From Bigelowiella natans CCMP2755 (Eukaryota > Protista > Cercozoa), in contig ADNK01003381.1 in the NCBI GenBank assembly GCA_000320545.1, forward strand, positions 5,772-69,771: a stretch of 64,000 bases of DNA, written 5' to 3'. The position numbers and the translations under genes are program-made. Under the pieces are notes generated by a model that saw only the letters and a program-made list of their open reading frames with translations, did not search any database and had not been told where the DNA came from. This document shows, piece after piece, positions 1 to 10,550 of this stretch (positions within the stretch are counted from its first letter, which is position 1; the number at the start of each line of letters is the position of its first letter).

Positions 1-1830
1 CGGGGATGATGCAGATGATGCAGAGACGGCTTGTCCTTTTCCACATCGGCTACTGCGAGAGGCGCAAAGGTCAAATCATCCATAAACAAATGCTTTCAGC
101 ATTAAATATCTTGCCGACAATTGTAAATAGTTATCTCATTGCCTCTCTGCGGTTTCGCGCCCCCCATCCTCCCCTCCCCTCCCCTCCCACTACACGATTC
201 GAAGAAGTTGCTGTTTATCTCTCACCATGTGGGGGACAGGGGTCGAGAGGGCCGTCCTCCTCTTTGATTTCCAACTGCGGAAAGAAGAGGGAGGAGGATG
301 TGAGAAGATGGAGGAATGATTCGAATGAAGAAGAAGAAGAAAGGAAGATGACGATGACGATGTGGGATTTTAAAAAATGCAGGAGCATAGCATCAGGCAC
401 ACGCGCTTGCTAGATTATGGCTCACACGAATTTATCGATCATTTTTTGTTTTTTCATGCCAGTTGCTGACTGTTTGCTTCACCGCGCTGTGATGCGACGA
501 TCGCCACTGTTCCTATTGTCATCAACGTTGTTTTTCTACCTCTTGCGGTCCTTCAAAATAGGAGAAGTATTGGGGATCCGGGATGAGCTCATACCCGTAC
601 ACCCTCTCTTCAAAGTCGATTGTTTCCTCGTCCTGTTACAGCGATTACGGTTAGCCAGAGCGACAGGAAGCACGTAGTAGCAGCAAAGGCATTTGGCTAC
701 GTTGCGCCGAGCAGTTTACGAAGAAGATGGCGGGGATGAAGAGGAGTGTAAGGATGGTGATGAGCGCTTCAAAATCCTTTACAGAAATGATGGCGTTGAT
801 GTGTTTACATGATTGGGGAGGACGGTGGAACAAAACCAGGCTACTGGCAGTAGAAGGGGGGGAGGGGGGGGGGGGGGGGGACCTTGAAAGAGTATCGGAT
901 GTAGCTGAAGTAATCTGCAAGGTTTTCCGTCCGTTCTCGGTTGTTCTGTGCGGACTCTGCTCGGTAGCTGCAAAACACCATTCAACAGAGGAAACGTGAT
1001 GTTTGATGCTTTCTTGTTCTAAAATGAGGACGGTGCAGTATACCTCCTTTATGTGTGAATATTAACCGAAGATACATTTGCTATCCCTTGGTCTCTATCC
1101 CCCCCCTCCCCTACCACCCACCACTCCCTACCGTTTTTCAGCCTTGGAAAGGTCCGTGTTGTATTGGTTGAGAGCGTCTGACCGCATTTGTCTAACTTTA
1201 GCCATGGCCTCCTCCCTCAAGGCTTTCGTGACGTCGTGTATCTCAGCAGCCTTTCCGCCAAGGTAGTCGGCGGGGGAAGGGTTCTTTTCGCTGGTGTTGT
1301 GCTGCCGCTCATACCGAGTGGAGTTGTTGCTGTATTGAACGAAACTGGCACCTGTCCCTATGCACGGAGATGAATGTTAATGCCGACTAACAAACAGGAG
1401 GGGGAAGGTGTACGAGGACGGGGGCAATGGCGATGACAAAGTATTGGTTATTGTGGAAGGGAGTGGTGTTCCTGCTACCTGGATGGACAGCAGCAATCTG
1501 CTTGATTCGATCGGCCAGGATGAGACTCTGCCCAGAGGTAGAGAGCGAAGACGCCCAGTGACTAAACTGCAGGACGAATAGGAGCAACATGACAGAAGAT
1601 CAATTGGGGGGGAGGAGGAGGAGGAAGGTAGGCTGCAGGTTCGGCCAGGGGCAAATGTCAATGATCTTCAGCCTTTGATTGAATTCGGAAGAGCACGCGT
1701 TGGTATCGGTGGCAATGAAGCGCACAAACGTAGCATTATCTCGGAGAAACATCCTCAGAGTCAAGCACGAAAGGATGTCGCAGACAACGAAATGGCATCT
1801 CTGCCTGCCATGACGCATCCCATCAGGATT
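1..1830 (-). CDS. Multi-exon hypothetical protein (3' end may lie outside the window)
   Basis: GT-AG-bounded minus-strand exons with protein-like content, e.g. 540-632 (DEETIDFEERVYGYELIPDPQYFSYFEGPQE) and ~1131-1352 (TGASFVQYSNNSTRYERQ...KALREEAMAKVRQMRSDALNQYNTDLSKAEKR). Family not recognised; limits approximate. Confidence 0.5.
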
Positions 1831-2029
1831 TCAAATTTTCAAAAAATGAAAAATCCCCCACCGACGACTTGATGAGACCCCGCAGAATTATGATTTTTAA
1901 TAAATTAAATTTTTAATTTTCGGAGGGAAATACATACAATATTTATTCGGGAAGTGCAATTTCCAGCTTAATTCATGCAAAGAACATCTAGTTCTGTAAA
2001 AAGCTCCTACATTCCTGCAAATATTGCAG

Positions 2030-2974
2030 GTGGAGCTTGATTCCTCAGATTTAAAGCTAGGCGCGGAGGAAGAAGCCCTGTTGAAAAATCGATGTCCGTA
2101 GAGTCATTTCAGAGATATCGCCTGTCGCATATCCTAAAAAGAACGGAAATACGATATTTCGACTGATATTATCTGTATTGCCAAAATCTGAAATGGCGAA
2201 TATCCCCGTGCGCGATGCCAATGCGAGCGGCAGAGGACACCTCTTGCAGGCGAGAAAGCAAAGCTCGAGGGAGATGATCATTTGCCTACGATGAAAGTCT
2301 TCAATTTAAAATGCAATAGATTATTAACATCAAGCACTGTCTGATGTAAATGGAGACAAGTTCACCACACCGCTGAAATACCTTGCGGCATCCAAGGTAT
2401 GAGCAATCTCATTCTCTATCAGTACTGAGTACACAACGTGATGATCAACAAAACAATACCAATCCTTTTCTCTGAAATTACATTGAGGAAATTTGAATAA
2501 CTCTGATATCATAAACATTGCCTTTCGGTGTCATAACATGTAAAACCTTTACTAAATATCGCCCTTGCCCGCAGGAACGACTCGCACTCGTATTCTGTTG
2601 GGATTGATGTGACGCTACAGCGACGTTAATGTACTTAGAGCTGAGACAACAATCCCAGGATATGACCGCAAACGATTCGGATGAGGTATGCTCAATTTTC
2701 CAAATGCACCCTATTTTCCCGACAATTTCCACAAAGATATGATGAATTAAAGGTTAGCGCCATTCATTTCCCTATGATCCTCGTGCTCCTCGCAAGGGTG
2801 CGAGGCCCAGATGGGGTCAAAAAGTATTCTGATTCAAAGCATAATTTCACTTTCCACGTTTCGTTTCGTCTCGAAAGTATCGCATTAACAAACACTCACC
2901 AATATGAATATTGACAGGTGATACTGTACGGCCCATTCAATCGACAACAAGATAAAATTGGAATTGACAAGTAA
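2030..2974 (+). CDS. Probable small multi-exon hypothetical gene
   Basis: Short plus-strand segments end in strong donors (GDKFTTPLKYLAASK|gtatga; ELRQQSQDMTANDSDE|gtatgc), and a last exon reads VILYGPFNRQQDKIGIDK*. Phases not fully resolved. Confidence 0.3.
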
Positions 2975-3199
2975 ACGCGAGGACTGGGCTGCACAGTAGG
3001 GCAGCGAGGCCTTCTTCTGTCCCCATTCGTTGATTCATTCATTCATTCGTGTTGAATGTCATGTTGAATGTCAAATCGTCATCAATGTTTCAATTTCTTG
3101 CTCGTTCACGCACTTGTCCGAAGGAGAAGTAATTCTCACAACTAGCCGACGTTACTGTGCCTGTAGTTGCGTTGCTGTGGGGTGTGCGCGCTGGTTGTA

Positions 3200-3597
3200 A
3201 AAGACGACGCAAAGCGCATTGCACGTGCTGCGTGCGCAAACTGTGATGAGTGGATGGATGATGCAATGATCCGCCAGAAATGTCACGCGCTAGCTATATA
3301 TATAGCGCATGTGACCTGACGGCTTTGGAACTTCGCGACTTGGTCGCACATCAAATGACGTATGTGGCAGCCTCGGCATGAGTGCTAGAGTGGCAAGCTA
3401 GCATGCAAGAACTATGCAGATAATGTTGAACTTCGTATATTGCTGGCATGCTAGCATGTGCGTGATGAAACAATCGCGTGCGCGCAATGCAGCAACAATG
3501 AGAATGACCACGTACAGCACGTGATCGAGAATCACAACCTGCAAATCAACAAAATCCATCGCATTGCGTCATCTAGCCACAGCAAGTCGCGTCGGTG
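3200..3597. other. CATG/CTAG/TGCA-rich intergenic block A (left part; resumes at 9318-~9770 after the retrotransposon)
   Basis: Dense gcatgc/gctagc/tgcgca words with few CC/GG runs on both sides of the insertion. Confidence 0.75.
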
Positions 3598-3923
3598 TGT
3601 AGCGCGTACCACTACGCGGGCACAAGTCACGTGCGACAACAAAGGGGTTGTCGCGGATATAGAATATAGATAACGTAGATATTAATACAGCATAGGCACG
3701 TGGGTTCCGGCGGGACTCATGGCAGCACACCGGAAGTGTGCTGCCCCACGTGCGGCGGCATTCGCGAAAGCTTCGCGAATGATTACGCAGTGCACGATTT
3801 AATAAAAATATAATCTTTAATAAAAATAAACACAACTCTTCAAAAGGAAGCAAACGTGCCTTTCCCCCCCCCTGCCTACTTGTGCACGTAGCGCCTCGGC
3901 CTGTGAACACCTTACGCGCAACA
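3598..3923 (+). repeat. 5' LTR (326 bp)
   Basis: TGTAGCGCG...GCGCAACA; identical line by line to 8988-9313; contains TTTAATAAAAATA twice (poly(A)-signal-like). Confidence 0.97.
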
Positions 3924-3928
3924 ACCTT

Positions 3929-3946
3929 TGGCTTCCACACACGGGA
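3929..3946 (+). promoter_or_regulatory. Candidate primer-binding site TGGCTTCCACACACGGGA
   Basis: Begins with TGG (complement of tRNA CCA) 5 nt after the 5' LTR; cognate tRNA not identified. Confidence 0.55.
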
Positions 3947-3962
3947 AACGATTTGACTAACA

Positions 3963-6900
3963 ATGTCACAGCAGCTAGAAGAACAGCAGGACTTTGGCTC
4001 GCAGGCCGTGCAAGGGCACGAGCAGAAACAGGAAAGGAAGGGCGATACGGACGCTAAGGAAGGAGGAGGAACACCTCCACAGGCACCGCCGGGACCAGCA
4101 CCCGGGATTAAGAAAGCAGATGCAGCAGCAGAGGCACTGGAGAACTTCTACGAGGCGGACGACGAGGACGTGGCCGCCGAAAGCAAGAAGGTCGTAATGG
4201 CATTACGAGCCTTGCGACCCAGGGCGAGCAACTACGCCAAACTGAAAGTATCGATAGAATACAAGTATCAGACACATGATGTTTGGGCAGCTATCATGCA
4301 GGACATCATGGATTACGAAGCAGACTTACCTCCAGAGTGGGCAGCTTTGTTTAGGAACGACGGGGGTCTGGGCGCCTCGCGGGGGACGACCCAGAGCACC
4401 GTCAAGCAGCAGCAGCCGGTACAGCGGAACACCCAGTTCATGTCTGTTAAAACAGCACCGGTTATGATAACGAAATACAACGGGAAAAGAGGTGAGGCAA
4501 GGAGGTGGTGGAAGAACGCTAGGAGTATACTCTGCGACTTTACCCCTAACCCCACCGAAAACGACAAGCTCAAATGGCTAGCTATAATAAAGCAAGCCAT
4601 GGACCTTTACGAGACAGGCAGGACCCGGATCAGGCAGCTAGAGAAAATACACACTACAGTTAGTGGGCTACGAGACGTTGAGGCGATAATGAAGGCTTTT
4701 GTAAATGAACAGGATGCTAACTCCCTACCCCAGGCTATTAGAAAATACAGAGCAATGATGCAGCATGAGAGAGAACCTGTTAGAGACTTTGCCACGCGCT
4801 TCCAGGATATGATCGACGAACTACATGATTTTAATTACAACACAGGTGATGATCAGGCAAGGTTTGAAGAGTTCAAGTTAAAGATAAAGGAATCCACTTA
4901 CGTTACGGAGAAAGGCTACACCACGATGGAGGCAGCAGTGCAGGCTATATCCCTACGCGAGCAGGAGCAGGACCGCAAGTTTACCAGCCCTAAGGTACCT
5001 GGCATAGGAAACATTAACGCTATTAAGCCGCAGCGAGACTGGTACAAGGACAGGGAAGGTAACCGACGTTGCGGATACTGCTCACGTAAAGGGAAACACA
5101 CCGCTAAAGACTGCAGAGACAGGAAAGAAGGACGACCCAGGATGACGATCAGGCAGCTCAACGAACACTACGAGAAGTTAAAGAGAAAGAAAGGCAGAGG
5201 ACAAGGATATAACAACAGCAAATGGCAAGGCAGCAACAACGGGAAGAACAATAAATATAAGAACAAAAAGCAGAACAGTATCAATGCTATACAGCAGCAG
5301 ATAAACGGAATATTAGATCACCTTAAGCAGGCGCCGACGAAGACAGCAGTACCAGCAACGCAGGACCAAGACAAGCCCATGACCCTAGACGACATAAAGA
5401 ACTTAGGAGTATGCAACATTAATGACGAAGACGCTAACAGGACTATCAAAGTTGCTATGACCAAGGTTAAAGTTAAAGACAGCTACGGAGACTACAAGAA
5501 ACTACCTGCCCTTTGGGATAGTGGCAGCATGCCGAAGTCCTTCATAAGCCTAAGCACAGTAAGAAGGTTAGGACTATTGGATCAAGTGACTAAGAAAGAA
5601 CGTAAATATGCTCAAGCAGACGGAAGCTCTTCCATGAAGACCGTCGGTGAGCTAATGCTAAAGCTACAGATACCTGGCAGCGACGCGGAGACCCAAATCA
5701 AGACCCGAGTAGCCATGACTTTATCCATGGAACTACTCCTCGGACAGGATGCCCTAGAAAAATTAGGGGGGATCATATCATTCTACAATCACAAGATATA
5801 CTTTGCTAAGTTGCCAAAGAAGTCAGGCAGGACCATCAGCCAGAACATGATACGGCTTGACGAGTGGACCTCTGAGTCAAGCGTTAATGCGTTAGAGTTT
5901 ATGGACCTAGCGGACAACAAGCTACCTACACCTACCGAGCTACGGAAGAAGAACCCCGGCAAGACCATCCGACAGATAACGGAGCTACTGGACAAGACCC
6001 CCCCAGCTGATGATTGGGATATCGACAAAGGCAAAAAGTACATTAATAAAATATTAAACGAGAAGTACTCTGACATCACCAAGCCGACGACGAAGCCCTC
6101 CAGCAAGCTTACCCCAGTAAAGATCGAGCTAAAGAAGGGATACGAAGAGTGCATCATCAATGACCCAGAACATAGGCGACCGGAAGCGGACTGGGAAAAG
6201 ATAGAGTGGCAGATCAATGAATGGGCAAAGGAAGGGAAGATAGAGCCAAGCAACTCACCATGGAACGTGAGACATGTGCTAGCTAAGAAACCTACTTACC
6301 CTTTCTTCCGCCTGGCGCACAACTTCATCCGCCACAACCGAGTAATAAAGAGGATCCAGACACCTACACCAAGGATAGATGACGTTATTGAACACGTCAT
6401 AGGATACAAATACTACTCTTCCCTAGATAAAAATGAATCATACATGCAGACACCCATCCACAAAACCTCCCGCCCCATTACCGCGTTCTCCAGCAGGCAC
6501 AGGAAGTGGCACTTCGTCGTATTCCCTTACGGCCTAAGCATATCAGGGGATGCGTTCAGTAGTCAGAACTACAGGGCATACACACATGATGGGATGGCGT
6601 CTGTGTTGTGGGTGTTTGTGTTTGTGTATGTGGATGATGACATAATATGTACCAACACAGTCGTCGCTCAGATCTTCCTCCTGGAAAATATATTTATTAG
6701 GTTTGCACACTTCGGTTTTACTATTAGACTGCAGAAGTGTACATTCCTAGCTACAAGAATCAAGTGGTGTGGATATTACCTGGAGCAAGGCCGCATCACC
6801 CCAAACCCCGAGAAAGTAGCAGCACTACAGCAAGCCCCTAAACCTAAGAATGCAAAGGAGTTAAAGTCATTCTTGCAGACTGCAGCTTGGATACTACGTA

Positions 6901-8936
6901 GGTTCTCCCCTACCTACGCTAGGACTGCAGCTGCTTTTACTACTGCTTACCGGAAGGAGAACTCTGTAGGCCTCAGCTTCGCTAAGGTGTGGGCCAAGGC
7001 TGGCCTTGATGCCCACTTCGATAACCTAATAAAGTTATGCAGCAACACCCTATTGAATGCTAAGCTAGACACTACTAGACCAGCTACCCTATGGACAGAC
7101 TGGTCTAAGCTAGGTATGGCTGCTGTACTTACCCAAGACCAGCAGATCATACGGGTGTGGGGCAGGGCCTGCACAGCAGCTGAGGCCAAGTACAGCCCTA
7201 CAAAAGGAGAGTATAAAGCCATGACTGAGGCGCAGAGGAAACTAAGATACTACCTGCTGTCGGTGCCCAGCTTCACCTTAATGACTGACCACAAGCCCCT
7301 CCTAGGCATCGACCGCAAGCTCGAAGCGCCTAACGATGAGTATGCAGCTATGAGGGCGGACACGGAAGAGTTTAGGGACAAGAGGACAGTGGTCTACGCA
7401 CCAGGAGACAAGCAGCTTGCTGACTATTTCAGCAGGCTGTTCGAAAAGAAAGTCCCTACCCAGGTCACCCCTATGGTTAACGCGATTACCTTCGAGGACG
7501 GCGACTTCCTGCCTGAGCCAGAGGAGCTCCAGCACCTTCAAGAACACCTGGATAAATACAAACACAAGCATGAGGTACTTAGTGATAGGATATATGTATA
7601 CACTAATAATGTTAGGCGTACCTACGTGCCACGGCGGACCAGGGGAGCCCTTCTCTTTACCGCCCATGGACCTGCACACGTAGGAGAAAACCATATCACT
7701 GCTCTACTCTACCATTACTACTGGCCCTACAAGCTAAAAGAGATAAGGACATACCTGCGTGGCTGCAGGTGCTCCAGCTTGAAGGCGGCAGGCGTCGCCA
7801 CCAAGGAGTCCAGCAAGAGCCGTGCATCTAAGAAAATCAAAGCAAGGAACTTCTTAGATATCGTGCAAATTGATGTTTATAAGTACGATGGCTATCACTA
7901 CCTTACCTTCGTTGATGTGGCCACTGGAAAGTGCTGGGTTAAAAAGATTATCAAGGTCAACGTTGCTAAGAAGAACAAAGGCTTATATAAGCAGAGGCTT
8001 ACTAACTGCTACCGTACCTGGGAGTCTGAGCTCCAGGCTATCCCTGATGAAGTTAGCATAAACAAGATACCAAAGAAGTTACATGTGGATAATGAGACCT
8101 CTCTTCTACAGCTACCACACCCTAATATTGATGCCTCACCTGTATACTATGCCCAGTCCAACTCCAAGGTAGAGCGACTCCACCGCACCTTGGCCAACCT
8201 AAGCAGGATAAATAGCACCACACCAGACAAGATACAAGGGTTAGTAAACGACACCTTCACGTCTGGGGGAGGTATCAAGGATAAGGAGAGGGAAGAAGGC
8301 GACGACAACGACGACGATACCGAGAGCGAAGACGAGAAGGTCCCGTACGATGGCCGAGTTCTAAAGGAAGGACAGTATGTTAGGGCCAAGGTAAATCTGA
8401 GATCGAGAAATAAACAAGACCCCTTCTGGGGTGGCGTTGCAAAGGTTACCGAGAGGAAGGGGAGGAAGCAGTACTACATCTATGATGGGAACAGGGTCAC
8501 CTTGCGCCACATCAGTCACCTAAAGAATTATGATATCGGTGAGAAGCTCCTAGAGGATGTTAAAGTAAACCCTACTGTGTGGGAGCGAGCAATGCCTTGT
8601 TTAGGACCCCGACCTAAGTTCGATGTGGAATATGGAAACAATAAGGTCAGGGTGAACGACGATTGGCGCATGAAGATTGTCTATCTAGGCTACCCTGGAT
8701 TACGAAATATGGAGAGGGTAGCTATGAAAATAAAGGACGGAAAATATCAGCTACTCTACCTAGCTGTTCCCGACTTACCCTTTGAGCACTGGTATAAGGT
8801 CCTGGGGGACCTTGATGCAGAGGGCTGGTATGGACACGAACCTAAGGACGAAGGTGAGTTCTGGGTAAGCGACAAAGGAGATAAGGTTAGAGAGGAATCT
8901 ATTACCTGGTGGTTGGTGAAGTTCCGAAAGCGATGA
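3963..8936 (+). CDS. Gag-Pol polyprotein (1657 aa, no frameshift) with an extra C-terminal domain
   Basis: Zn knuckle CGYCSRKGKHTAKDC, protease LWDSGS, RT PYG..SGDAF and YVDD, RNase H WTDWS/TDHKPL, integrase H..H..CRC plus QID/VDNE/VERLHRTL, an SH3-like segment (GQYVRAK...DPFWGG), then a ~125-aa extension. Confidence 0.96.
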   Translation: MSQQLEEQQDFGSQAVQGHEQKQERKGDTDAKEGGGTPPQAPPGPAPGIKKADAAAEALENFYEADDEDVAAESKKVVMALRALRPRASNYAKLKVSIEYKYQTHDVWAAIMQDIMDYEADLPPEWAALFRNDGGLGASRGTTQSTVKQQQPVQRNTQFMSVKTAPVMITKYNGKRGEARRWWKNARSILCDFTPNPTENDKLKWLAIIKQAMDLYETGRTRIRQLEKIHTTVSGLRDVEAIMKAFVNEQDANSLPQAIRKYRAMMQHEREPVRDFATRFQDMIDELHDFNYNTGDDQARFEEFKLKIKESTYVTEKGYTTMEAAVQAISLREQEQDRKFTSPKVPGIGNINAIKPQRDWYKDREGNRRCGYCSRKGKHTAKDCRDRKEGRPRMTIRQLNEHYEKLKRKKGRGQGYNNSKWQGSNNGKNNKYKNKKQNSINAIQQQINGILDHLKQAPTKTAVPATQDQDKPMTLDDIKNLGVCNINDEDANRTIKVAMTKVKVKDSYGDYKKLPALWDSGSMPKSFISLSTVRRLGLLDQVTKKERKYAQADGSSSMKTVGELMLKLQIPGSDAETQIKTRVAMTLSMELLLGQDALEKLGGIISFYNHKIYFAKLPKKSGRTISQNMIRLDEWTSESSVNALEFMDLADNKLPTPTELRKKNPGKTIRQITELLDKTPPADDWDIDKGKKYINKILNEKYSDITKPTTKPSSKLTPVKIELKKGYEECIINDPEHRRPEADWEKIEWQINEWAKEGKIEPSNSPWNVRHVLAKKPTYPFFRLAHNFIRHNRVIKRIQTPTPRIDDVIEHVIGYKYYSSLDKNESYMQTPIHKTSRPITAFSSRHRKWHFVVFPYGLSISGDAFSSQNYRAYTHDGMASVLWVFVFVYVDDDIICTNTVVAQIFLLENIFIRFAHFGFTIRLQKCTFLATRIKWCGYYLEQGRITPNPEKVAALQQAPKPKNAKELKSFLQTAAWILRRFSPTYARTAAAFTTAYRKENSVGLSFAKVWAKAGLDAHFDNLIKLCSNTLLNAKLDTTRPATLWTDWSKLGMAAVLTQDQQIIRVWGRACTAAEAKYSPTKGEYKAMTEAQRKLRYYLLSVPSFTLMTDHKPLLGIDRKLEAPNDEYAAMRADTEEFRDKRTVVYAPGDKQLADYFSRLFEKKVPTQVTPMVNAITFEDGDFLPEPEELQHLQEHLDKYKHKHEVLSDRIYVYTNNVRRTYVPRRTRGALLFTAHGPAHVGENHITALLYHYYWPYKLKEIRTYLRGCRCSSLKAAGVATKESSKSRASKKIKARNFLDIVQIDVYKYDGYHYLTFVDVATGKCWVKKIIKVNVAKKNKGLYKQRLTNCYRTWESELQAIPDEVSINKIPKKLHVDNETSLLQLPHPNIDASPVYYAQSNSKVERLHRTLANLSRINSTTPDKIQGLVNDTFTSGGGIKDKEREEGDDNDDDTESEDEKVPYDGRVLKEGQYVRAKVNLRSRNKQDPFWGGVAKVTERKGRKQYYIYDGNRVTLRHISHLKNYDIGEKLLEDVKVNPTVWERAMPCLGPRPKFDVEYGNNKVRVNDDWRMKIVYLGYPGLRNMERVAMKIKDGKYQLLYLAVPDLPFEHWYKVLGDLDAEGWYGHEPKDEGEFWVSDKGDKVREESITWWLVKFRKR

Positions 8937-8979
8937 AGGTCTAAGGGAATAAGGAAGGAAGGAAGGAGCAACGTGACTT

Positions 8980-8987
8980 GGGGGAGG
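8980..8987 (+). promoter_or_regulatory. Polypurine tract
   Basis: GGGGGAGG directly abuts the 3' LTR; a longer purine run lies at ~8943-8968. Confidence 0.8.
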
Positions 8988-9313
8988 TGTAGCGCGTACC
9001 ACTACGCGGGCACAAGTCACGTGCGACAACAAAGGGGTTGTCGCGGATATAGAATATAGATAACGTAGATATTAATACAGCATAGGCACGTGGGTTCCGG
9101 CGGGACTCATGGCAGCACACCGGAAGTGTGCTGCCCCACGTGCGGCGGCATTCGCGAAAGCTTCGCGAATGATTACGCAGTGCACGATTTAATAAAAATA
9201 TAATCTTTAATAAAAATAAACACAACTCTTCAAAAGGAAGCAAACGTGCCTTTCCCCCCCCCTGCCTACTTGTGCACGTAGCGCCTCGGCCTGTGAACAC
9301 CTTACGCGCAACA
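8988..9313 (+). repeat. 3' LTR (326 bp)
   Basis: Identical to the 5' LTR and followed by the GGTG target-site duplication. Confidence 0.97.
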
Positions 9314-10550
9314 GGTGCGTGCACGTACGTGCGAGCGCCGTCGCATCTTTCGCTAGATCTAACAACGATGCTGGCTATGCTAGCTGGTGTTGGTTGGCAC
9401 ATCGCAGCACATCGCATGTGATCATGCGCACGCGCGGTCTAGCGGTGCGCATGAGTAGAATCGAATCATTCGATCGAGCGTCGTCATCATTTGTGCGCAA
9501 GCTAGCTAGCTGGCGCAATGATTCATTTTGACATAAAGAGCTTGCTAGCCTGATCATGGATGCAAGCGCACATGCACAGTCTTGCTAGCTTGCGCCGCAT
9601 GCGACTATAGTGTGTATATGTGATGCGGGATAACACGTGTGCTACCTATGCTGTATGTTACACACGCCGGCATTGGTATCAGCGCTGGATCGCGTGTGCG
9701 CAATCTATCTACGCGGGCTCCCATCCGTAAAATGCCATTGCATTAATTGCGCATGCAAACGAGGCGTGGAAAATACATACGACCTGCAGCAAGTTCGTAC
9801 ATAAGTAATATCGACGAACAATGTTTATCATTGACGTCGGTTATTACAATAAACATAAACCGGTGATACTCGCTCAGGGAAATAATAAATCACTGTTCTA
9901 CCAGAGAATGAACCAAATGCTAACGTAACCCAATGTGCCACCATCAAAGTTGACAACATCATTTCTTATTCATGTACACGCCATAATGAGACTAGTCTCG
10001 ACATCTCAATGACTTCCAAAAAATAAAAGATATTTTATGCTACGATATGAGCACACGCTTAGACATTTCAATAGGCGATAGGTATACATACATCTACACT
10101 AAATGTACCTTGAAAAAAACAAAACGAAAAACTGCTTTCTTCATAGAAAAGCAACAGTACTGAAACGACTTTGAGGGTCAGTGCTGCAAAATTAAGCACG
10201 CATACACACACAAGTATCATGAACAAGCGCCTCCCCTCGTCAAAATGTAAGGAAGTGCGCACGTGGTAGTGAGGCTACTGCTGCAACACTACACCATGGT
10301 CCTGTGCGTATCTGCTCGCATTTCGCACCGAACATAAGCATTAATGTGAGAGGATATTGGTTTAATATGGACAAATAAGTACGATAAAAAAATAAATAAA
10401 AAATAACACCGCAAACTTTCCGATGTTAATCTCCACCAATGGATTCGTCAAAAGAGTGGACGGGGAGAATCACGATCCGGTGTGCCGACTATGGACGGCA
10501 GGCCATTATTCAAAAAATTAGGCGATTGAGTTGCCAATACGACACACCGT

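Larger units (their letters stand above)
3598..9313 (+). mobile_element. Intact Ty3/Gypsy LTR retrotransposon
   Basis: Two identical 326-bp LTRs (TG...CA), 4-bp target-site duplication GGTG (3594-3597 and 9314-9317), candidate PBS and PPT, and one long ORF with domain order Gag-PR-RT-RNaseH-IN (Gypsy order). Confidence 0.97.

Noticed and set aside
3569-3940. Minus-strand ORFs across both LTRs (3569-3940 and 8941-9417)
   Set aside because: Their similarity only reflects LTR identity; no recognisable protein features.
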